From: Craspedostauros australis
Lineage: Eukaryota
Assembly: GCA_030167865.1 (NCBI GenBank)
Contig: JALAGF010000255.1
Coordinates: 1 to 51,839, forward strand
DNA: 51,839 nucleotides
Direction: 5' to 3'
Shown here: piece by piece, positions 34,988 to 44,803 of the stretch
Layout: each line of letters opens with the position of its first letter
Numbering within the stretch: the first letter of the stretch is position 1
Position numbers and translations under genes: made by a program
The notes under the pieces: model-generated
Seen by the model: only the letters and a program-made list of their open reading frames with translations
What the model was told of the DNA's origin: nothing
Database searches by the model: none

Positions 34988-37040
34988 GCTGCCATCTCCC
35001 GATGATCAGCGATGGAGCCGTTGCGTCAGTTCGTTTGTTGCGTCTGTTGCGTCGATTGGCGTCTGTTGCGTTGGTTGGGTATTAGAGAACGATAGACACT
35101 CGTGCTCAGCGAGGTGGTGTGCGTTGTGATATCAGTGATGCTGGTGCTCTGAGTTGTGTTGTCCTCTTTTTCTGTATACTCAAGTCAGAGAGAGAGAGAG
35201 CAATGCTATTCCGAGTGCGGGTTGCCGATGGATGGTGGTGGTCTGGGACGCTGCCTTTCGCTACAACTCCGCCTCTCTTTGATATTCCGTCTCTTAATAG
35301 AATACTATACTATACTTGACAGAAGTATCGCACTTGTCGGGTATGAGTGCGTACTCGTATGTATTGTATAGCAATATAATGTAAAAATACAATAGTATGT
35401 ATGGTGTGGAGAGTTTGCAATGTGATGGAGAAATGTTGATGAAATGAAGTGAAGTGAAAAGACGTCTGCTGCGTTGGGTTGTGATGTGATGTGTTGTTTC
35501 GTCTTGTGGTGTTTCGTGTTGTGCTATGTGAAATCGAATGGAAAGTAATGACGGTTGGCGCGGTCCGATGACGTCCGTTTGGCTGGGCTCGTCCCTTGTC
35601 CCTCGTCACCTTGGCGGGCTGGCAGGCTGGCACGGTTTGCGCTGCTTCAGTGGCGGAGAGAGATGGTCGTGGTGTTGGTCGTGATGATGGTTGCGACGAC
35701 GATCTCCTCCACGTTCAATGTGGGCGCAATTCGAGTGCAATGCAATTTGATGGGATAGGATGAGTAGCCTCGTTCTTCTGATTTTTGTGGCTGATGATGT
35801 TGATTCACCGTGGACGTGTTTATCGGTAATGGAGACAACTCCGCCCTTGTGTGATGGGAGTCGTTGGCTCGGTCTTTGGTTTTGGTCGTGATGCCAAGAC
35901 TGTTACTCCGAGATGGCAACACAACACAAAACCGGTTCCAACAGAGAGGGTGGGAGGTGAAGCAGAGAGAGAGACACAAAAGCCAGAGATGCGGCAGCAG
36001 ATGTCGGTGTCAATTTCAATGCGGATGTCTGCCACCAGATTTCAAAGGCCTGCCAACCAAGATGGAGTACGAATCCTTCCTTGGTCGACCACAGAGTGCC
36101 GGTATCGGTATTGTTGGGTGACGCTTGTTGATGATGGCGCAGAGTGATGCTTCACGCAAGTGGGGAGGACTGCCTCTCTCTCTGTTGATGATGTTGAGCG
36201 CGATACGGCGGTCTCCAATGCTCAAACTGGTGCACTCTTGCATGGTAGTACACGTATTACAAGAGCCAGAGTAACAATTGCGAAGGTCGGTATAGACAGC
36301 TTCGAAACATCAATCCAGACCAATCATTTCTCTGGACTCTCTCTCCCAAGACACGAGAGGGGTGGACGGCTCCTTCTCGTCGTTGTCCATGTCCATGATG
36401 GTGGCGCCTCGACAGTTGATGGACGCACAACAACACAAGAGAGATGACTTGGTGACACATGGAACGAGCCAGAGAGTGAGGACGTGTGACGACTTCTCTC
36501 CCTTCCCCGTGTATTTGTACCCCTGGGTGGTTACTTGTTTCTTTGCGCCGCTGTCACCATCGTTGTGGCCGCCATTTTGCCGCCATTTTGCCTTCCATCT
36601 GTCTTGTGCCCCTCTCGCGCGTATTCGAAGTTGTGTGAGACTTTTTCACCCACCGTTCGGATAAATCCATATCACGTGTGACGTCATCAGTACCTCGAAA
36701 TCCACAACGGTTCAGTCGCTTCCGATGATTCGCCGGACAAGGCAATGCGGGCGTCTTTCAACACGCTTTGGCAGACGACTCATCCGACCATACGCAACAA
36801 CAAAAACAAAGAACAACGCACAAACGCAGAATGCAACGAAAACGAACACACACAGCGAAAGGATCGACCATGGCGACGGCAGTGATGACAACAGGGGCAA
36901 CCACGATGACCGCAACGGCTCTTTGCCAACGTTGATGGTTCACAGATACTCGCCCAAAAACCGCGGCAGGCGCGACATACTACACCCAATCATCAGTGTC
37001 AACATCAGCATTGTTCATTCCATTGACCCACTGCCCAAAC

Positions 37041-37670
37041 ATGAACATCATCACGGTCGCGTCAACGATCGCAAGGAGGAGACTGGTATTGCGGCAGTTG
37101 CCCTCGATCGCGTTTTCGCGATGCGTCGCCGTCGGTGGCAACAGCATCACGTTCGCTGATGCGACAATCGCGGCATGGAAACACGAACCGCAGACGCACA
37201 TGCAGTACCACACGACGGCACCGCATTGCCAGGCCATCCGCCGACGACGCCGCAGGGTCAAGGAGGATCTGTCCTCGGCCGGCAGTTCCGGCGAAGGTGG
37301 CGTGCGCGAGAATCCATTGAAGCACGAACCCATCACGGATCCTTCGCAATTCCGACAATCCGCAGGACAGCTCATGCAAAAATTGGAGACGGCATTGCGA
37401 CCCATGCAGGCGGTGAACGACGTCTTTGAGATTACCAGTACACCACCCAGCCTCTTTCGGATCGATCTGGCTCCCGTCCACGGGTCGTACATGTTGGAGT
37501 TCCACGTGGACGAGAGTACGATGGAATACACGAGTCCCATCAGCGGCAAGGTGTTGTACGTTCTGAGTGCCAAGACGGGAGAATGGGTCGGCATCGAAGA
37601 CGGGCATGTCTTTGAGGGCATCCTCGTGGGCGATTTGATCCGCCAATGCAAAGGGCTGCCCAATCTGTGA
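37041..37670 (+). CDS. Frataxin/CyaY-like protein with a mitochondrial-type presequence (divergent)
   Basis: Arg-rich N-terminus MNIITVASTIARRRLVLRQ. C-terminal LMQKLETAL..FRIDL..GSY..TSPISG..Y..GEW..DGHVFEGILVGDL pattern of the frataxin fold. Confidence 0.7.
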   Translation: MNIITVASTIARRRLVLRQLPSIAFSRCVAVGGNSITFADATIAAWKHEPQTHMQYHTTAPHCQAIRRRRRRVKEDLSSAGSSGEGGVRENPLKHEPITDPSQFRQSAGQLMQKLETALRPMQAVNDVFEITSTPPSLFRIDLAPVHGSYMLEFHVDESTMEYTSPISGKVLYVLSAKTGEWVGIEDGHVFEGILVGDLIRQCKGLPNL

Positions 37671-39304
37671 GGAGGCAAGAGAATAGTGGTGTTTGGTAGC
37701 GTACAGTACCATAGCTCGTCAAGCATAATAGCACTCTACTATAGTATTCGACTCTCCTCGACTATATTCAATTCCATTCCCTTGTTCCGTTGCGCATGGC
37801 GTACTGCCCTGCGAGAATGTGTGTGAACAGGATACACATGCGCAAAGCTTCGGGCACGGATCGGCTAATTTCGGCCACCACATCGAACACCTGGAGCGGG
37901 AATTCAAAATTTGAACAGTATTGCTGCATGTGCTCGGACGCAGACATTCTGATACATCCAAGTTTGTTAGCGAATTCAATACCGATCGCAACGCACGGTG
38001 ACATTCCATTGGATTGGGTGCCTGGCGCCAAACAGCAAGGTGTTGGCGTTTTGGACGAAGCCGACGATGCAGATACGGAAGGAACATGAGTATGACGCAG
38101 CTTCCAAGCAGATTGAGAGCAACGTTTGCATGCCGCATCAGTGGCGACGGACCATGAGTAAGGCCTCATGTTGCCGCAGCAGATGAATCTACTCCATTCT
38201 CCAATGGATCATGGCACTTGTTGTATGTGACTGTTTTCACACACAATCACGATTGCTCTTGGGCCCTCTCCAAAGAGAGAGCGGAATGCTTCGAGGTCAA
38301 CCACGACCAAATGGCAGAGATGCTTTGCGCTTCCGTGACAACAACCCCTCCGATCCTTGCGGAATGACGGCATCATCTCCCACTGGGGTAGATCGTTCAG
38401 TGAGAGAACAGGATTGCCTTCACTGAAGCAATTGGCACGATCCATCACTGACGAATACTCTTCGCATCATGTCGGCGGACTTGATGCCCAAAAAGTGTTA
38501 CCCACATACATTTCCCATGACCACTTGCCAAGAACGCAACCAAGAGCACAAAATTCGTTCTTTGCACCCATTCATACCGCCGCACTCCATTCTCTGTGGC
38601 GGGATGCGAGCCAGAACAAGGCGGCATGGAGTGGAGAGGGACATCCAGGATACCGATGGCACTGTTAGCACGACAAGGGGGACATTTGCCGAAATTTGTG
38701 GATGTCATCGCAAAATGTGAGCGCGGTGTGACCTCGTGTGTTTCGTTTATGTACATATTCCGACACGGATATATTCAATGGTCATTAATGTGACAGCGCG
38801 CCCAGGATCTCACATTTTCTGTCCGTTCCTATTCTTGGAAAATGCGCAAGTTTGCATGTCACGCTGTCACGCTTTCATGCCGAATCCATCAATGGAGACA
38901 AACAGAAAAGGAGAGGAAGCGGCATCCTTGACCTCTGCAATTGCCGCCGCGAAGTAAAGAACAAGGCGTACTCGTACGACCCAGTGTGGAGAGCAGAGCG
39001 AAAGTGGAGGGGGACTGGAGGGAGGTCGGAGGGAGAGCGACAGGAGATCAAAGCAGAAAAGAGCACAGCACAGCAGAAAAGAGAAGAGAAACGAAAGACG
39101 CGATCTGTTGGCGGCATCATGATCGATCGGTCATAGTGCGAAACCCATTGCAATCGATTGGAAGGAAGGTCTCTTCTTCTCTCTCTTTGCTCCCTCCAAC
39201 TTGCTTCATCTGCATAGTACCACGTTGCGTTGCAAGGTCCGAGCAAGATGATGACAACGACACCAAATAGATGCAACGAAACGATTGGGCACCGAGCGCG
39301 CAGG

Positions 39305-42300
39305 ATGAGCATCCTCGTGTTGATCCTGTGCCTGCATGGATGCTCGGCCACCATGATATTCCGCAATCGCATGATGCGCTGGTCCGAAGCCGAGCCTGAA
39401 GTGCAGAAGCACAAGCATGCAGGTCTGCGGCGACGAGATGCAATTGGGCGGCTGGAAGCGGAGGACGATGTCGATGTCGAGGAATACGACGATGAAGACG
39501 ATGAAGACGATGATGATGACTACGACTACGACAGTGATGATGATGAAGATAGTGATGATGGTGACGATGATGGTGATGACGATGATGGTGATGACGATGA
39601 TGAAGACAGTGATGACGATGACGACGACGATGATGATAGCAACGACAACGACGATAGCGACGACGACAGCGATGACGACGACAGCGATGACAGCGATAGC
39701 GACGATCATGATCGTACGCATGCCACCGCCACACATCGCAGAATAAGGCGTTCCACTTCCTTCGACGAATTTGCTCATGTGAGGACGAAGTCGAATCACG
39801 GTGCCGCCACCTACGAAAGGGCGGAACTGTTGGTTGAATCCAAGTCTCTCGGACGTGTGCCAACGTCCCAGCCGACCTACGATCCCATCGATCCCGTGGA
39901 CCTCAACCCAACAACATCCTTCGACGAGACGGAGACGCCGACCACCGGTCCGACCAGAAGGCCAACCTCATCGCCGACCTCATCGCCGACCGCCAATCCA
40001 ACATTGCGACCGACGAGGATCCCAACCTCATCGCCAACTCACATTCCGACAATAACACCAGTTCCATCGGATGACACTGAAAGCCCAACTGGATCTGACA
40101 CGGCCAGTCCGACCTCGCTGGACGACACAGCCAGTCCTACTTCGCCGGGCGACACCGTCAGTCCGACCTCGTTGGATGATACGGCCAGTCCTACTTCGCC
40201 GGGCGACACCGTCAGTCCGACCTCGATGGATGATACGGCCAGTCCAACTTCGCTAGACGACACGGCTAGCCCCACCTCCTTGGATGACACAGCCAGTCCT
40301 ACTTCGCCGGGCGACACCGTCAGTCCGACAGCGATGCCAACGATGGACGACACCATGCCAGTCACCCTCATGCCGACGCACGAATCCGCGCCGACGGCTG
40401 ATCCGCACACCAATGCACCCACCGAAGGTGAATGCGTCGGCAAAGGCAAAGGCAAGGGCAAAGGCAAGGGTAGCAAGAGTTCCAAGACGTCGAAGACTTC
40501 CAAGAGTGACAAAGGCAAGGGCAAAGGCAAGGGAAGCAAGAGCCCAAAGAGTGATGGCAAAGGAAAAGGCAAGGGTAGCAAGAGCTCGAAGAGTGGTGAT
40601 GGCAAAGGCAAGGGGAGCAAAGGCTCGAAGAGTGGTGATGGTAAAGGCAAAGGCAAAGGCAGCAAGAGCCCCAACAGCGATTCTGGCAAAGGCAAGGGGA
40701 GCAAGAGTTCCAAAAGCGATTCTGACGAAGGAAAAGGAAAAGGTAAAGGCAGCAAGACTTCCAAGAGCGATTCTGGCAAGGGAAAAGGCAAGGGCAAGGG
40801 CAGCAAAAGCTCGACAAGTGATGAAGGCAAAGGCAAAGGCGAGTGTGTGGAGCCCAGCGAAGACGGCAAGGGAAGCAAGAGCTCGAAGAGTGATGATGGC
40901 AAAGGCAAAGGCAAAGGTAGCAAGAGCTCGAAGAGTGATGATGGCAAAGGAAAAGGCAAAGGAAGCAAGAGCTCCAAGAGCGACTCTGGAAAGGGCAAAG
41001 GTAAGGGCGACAGTGACGGTAAAGGTGACTCGGGAAAAGGCAAGGGCAAAGGCAACGACGGTAAAGGAAGCAAGAGCCCGAAGAGCGATGATGGCAAAGG
41101 CAAGGGTAAGGGCGACAGTGACGATGGAAAGGGAAAAGGTAAAACAAGCAAGGGGAGCAAGAGCAGCAAGAGTTCCGACGATGGGAAAGGTGGCAAGGGT
41201 TACGACGCACCAAGTGCCACCAATTCACCCAGCGGCAAAGGGTACCAGGGCAAATACCCCTACAACTTTACGAAATCCAGCAAATCCTTTAAAGGTGCCA
41301 AGCACTACAAGGAAGACGAGAACGCGTATTTGTACCGAACCCACAGCCCAACCTTGTCACCCTTCGCGAACGGCGGAGATGAGGCCAACGCGATCACAGA
41401 TGGCAATTCGGCCAACGCAACCGAAGACATTATGCCTTCGCCTGCGCCCAGCACCTTAGCCATCGATACTATGACCAGCGGACCTACAGGGCAGACTGAC
41501 GCAGATGAGGGCAACGAGAATGTCGACCTTGGGTCGCATGCACCATCACTCCCTCCAACACGATCACCCTCGAAATCACCAACAGGTTCACCGTCTCGGA
41601 TTCCAACGGGGTCGCCCACCAAAAGACCGACCAGGCTTCCATCCGTATCACCCACCGTATTGCCGACCGTCCTTGCGTCCCTTTCGCCCACAGGCCGGCC
41701 CACCTCAAGACCAACCAGGGACATCACGATCGAGCGCAACACAGATTCCACGAAGCGGCCATCCGGCTCGCCAGTGGCAAGGCCAACAAGGAGCCCATCG
41801 CGACGGCCATCGTTCGATTCCACCAAGAGACCAACGGCGCGCCCAAACGTGGAACCAACGGACAATCCAACCAGACGTCCGAACGTTGAGCCGACAGAGA
41901 ATCCAACAAGACGTCCGAACGTGGAACCAACAGACAATCCAACCAGACGTCCGAACGTTGAGCCGACAGACAATCCAACAATACGTCCGAACGTGGAACC
42001 AACAGACAATCCAACCAGACGTCCGAACGTTGAGCCGACAGAGAATCCAACAACACGTCCGAACGTTGAGCCGACAGAACGCCCAACGGCACGACCAAAT
42101 GTTGGCTCGACCAGCAGTCCAACGCAATCCATGTCGGCCACGCCGACCAGAACACCGTCGGCTGATTCCTCAGAGACGCCAACAGGCACGCCTGTCATAG
42201 TTTCAGCAGCACCAAGCACTACACCTAGCACTGAACCAAGTACGGCGCCAAGCACTGAGCCAACAAGTCTTCCGACAGGGTCACCAACCTCCATACCGAC

Positions 42301-44048
42301 GGAAGCACCATCATCTACGCCGACGACATTGGCTCCAACGAACCTTCCCTTCATATGCGAAGCATTGCCAGCCGACGAGGCGTTGAAAGAAACATTGAAT
42401 GACATCACACCTGAAACTCTCCTCGATGACCTCGACACTCCGCAAGGTCAGGCATTCGATTGGATGGTGTCGAATGATTTGGGGTCGGGCTTCGTCGACC
42501 CATGCACGTATGAAACGCTGAAGCAGCGATATGCGCTGATAACCCTCTTCTTTGCAACCGACGGGAACGGTTGGTCGGAAAGCCAGGGGTGGTTGACCAG
42601 CATCCCAGAGTGTAGTTGGGCGCTTCTTACCTGTGTCAATGGCAATGTGACATCATTGGATTTGGGTAAGTGGAGAAACTGAACTGGTACCATGTGCTGC
42701 GATGGAACTTGCGAGGTGTTCGTGTGCTGTAATGCCTGCCTTGTGAAGTTGTTATTCAATCAGAGCAATGCTCGATGTTGTGGGTCGCAGCCGTCAAACA
42801 TTGAGACAGTAAAAGTTGCTCTGCTCTATTTGCCATGCATTCTCGTCTGAGAACGGAGTGTCTCACCCCATTGCTTCCACTTCTGGCTTCGCACACGCTT
42901 TCCATAATACACAACATGGGCGAGCCCATACCATACCTGCACCACGCACAATCCACACACACTCTCTCTATATATACTCGTATATACACATGTGCACTAC
43001 CTATCAAACAGACCAAAACAACCTCGATGGCTCCATCCCAGATGAGCTCCAGGTGCTGGATATGATCGCCGAGCTCAACCTTTCCAACAATACGCTCAAG
43101 GGCACCATCTCATCTTTCCTCCCAAGCCTCGCGGGCCTCCAAACGTACGATGTCGCCTTCAACCAACTGACCGGCACCATCCCCACATTCTTGGGCGCCT
43201 TCTCAAATCTCCAAGAGCTCTCGCTCAACAACAACCAGCTCACGATGACAATTCCAACGCAGATCGGAAATGCGAAGGCCTTGGTGACGCTGCAATTGGA
43301 CGATAATCTCTTGACCGGTGCGATCCCGTCCGAGCTTGGCCAATTGAGCGATACTCTGACGACGCTGTCAGTTGGGATCAACGACCTCAGAGGAGCCATC
43401 CCTCTCGAGTTGTACGACCTGACGTCTTTGATGGAAATGGTGCTGGAGGGCAACAGATTAACTGGCATCATCAGCACCAGCGTTGGCGATTTGGTAAGCC
43501 TGACGACCCTCGATCTTTCCAACAATCAGCTCGGTGGCAATCTGCCCATCACTCTGGGCAGGTTATCCAATCTGGTCACATTGGACTTGGCAAGCAACGA
43601 TCTCATGGGAACGCTCCGGGATACTTTCGCTCCCTTCACCCAGCTGGAGACGATCGACCTGTCATCCAACGAGATCCAGGGTCCGCTGCCATCACGGCTG
43701 TTCGATTTGCCCAACATCCAGACCATCCTCCTGGACAGGAACAGGTTCGATGGCGTCATTCCGGAAAATCTTGGCAATGCGGAGCAGCTTCAGCAGCTCT
43801 TGCTGTCCTTCAACCTTCTTTCAGGAAACGTACCGGAAATCGACATTGGCAGTTTGGCGCAGCTGCAGAGCATCGAGCTGCGGAATAACCAGCTGACAGG
43901 AAGCATGGCGGCATCCATCTGCCGTCTGCGATCTCCTCGCTTTGGATCCTTGACCGAGCTGACATCGGACTGCTCCGGTCTGGCAAACCCTCGCATCGAT
44001 TGCGACCTGCCATCCTGTTGCACGGCATGCTTTCCACTGCGTGTGTAA
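39305..44048 (+). CDS. Secreted mosaic protein: signal peptide, poly-Asp tract, Pro/Thr/Ser repeats, Lys/Gly/Ser tract, LRR N-cap and plant-type LRR domain; 2 exons (39305-42665, 43012-44048)
   Basis: Hydrophobic N-terminus MSILVLILCLHGCSA (alternative ATG at 39248). N-cap TPQGQAFDWM..QRYALITLFFATDG..W..GWL..ECSW..C. Intron G|GTAAGT (42666)..ACAG| (43011) joins in phase to give SLDLDQNNLDGSIP. About 12 LxLxxNxLxGxIP repeats and a Cys-rich C-cap (CCTACF). Confidence 0.9.
39461..39712 (+). repeat. Coding GAT/GAC-rich low-complexity tract (about 80 aa, mostly Asp with Ser/Glu)
   Basis: EDDVDVEEYDDEDDEDDDDD..DDSDSDDHD. Confidence 0.9.
40070..40335 (+). repeat. Coding 27-nt tandem repeat, about 10 units (DDTASPTS[L/P], GDTVSPTS)
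   Basis: Visible in both DNA and translation. Confidence 0.9.
40439..41202 (+). repeat. Coding GKGKG / KSSKSD degenerate repeat region
   Basis: Repeated ggcaaaggcaaggg and agcaagagctcgaagagtgatg units. Confidence 0.9.
41837..42103 (+). repeat. Coding 36-nt tandem repeat, about 7 units (RPNVEPT[D/E]NPT[R/I/T])
   Basis: Contiguous units with no spacers. Confidence 0.9.
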
Positions 44049-44803
44049 GTACAAGTACGGTAGGCAGTCTGTGCTCGATGCACACGCACGAACGCACGAG
44101 CGCAGCACAACACAACATGGTGCACGTCGAGATGGGAGAGGTCGATGTTCGAACCAAGGGAAAACGGATCGGGCCTTGCCTCAAAGTCAGCAGCGTGCAC
44201 ACCCACACACACTGTGTACATATCCACATTGATTGAGCAATGATTACGTGAACGAAGCACTACTCTATACATGTTTGCATTTTATACCTCCTTCTCTCCA
44301 CGCGTACAAGTACGAGTAGGGGGATGGCTATTATTCTATTAAGTTTCATTTTCCATACCAAGGCGACTGCTTCGTGGCAAAGAAAAATACCGACCCATGC
44401 GGATGAGAATCAGGCGTAGCCATCGCCATTGCTATGATACAGCAAACCATGAGCGAGACCACTGGCCGCCGTTGCGCACATACTCATGGCAACCACCGAA
44501 GCCCTGACGCTGTTTTCATTGATCAAATTGAAATATTCATGGTTTAGTATTTACTGTTGTATTGGAGTGTCTGGTGCTGGCACGTCCTCGTACGGCATTA
44601 CTCTATCACGGCCATTCTTTTTTCTTTGGCAGTCGTCGTGACAACAGCAGAGACACGGAGGATGCCCTTTCCCAATGCACCTGCTGTCCACGACCATTCT
44701 TCTTTTGTCTTTCTTGTTGTTCTCGATCCCCTCTCCTTCTCCCCCACAAAGATGGGGAGCGTCATGCAAATGGTGGCATGTTATCATACAATGCACGCTT
44801 CAC

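Noticed and set aside
41837-42103. 36-nt repeats as a CRISPR array
   Set aside because: The units are contiguous with no unique spacers, are in frame within a eukaryotic CDS, and there are no cas genes.
40039-42438. Leu/Pro-rich and Val/Gly-rich minus-strand ORFs, plus alternative-frame ORFs
   Set aside because: These are the reverse complement or alternative frames of the coding repeats.
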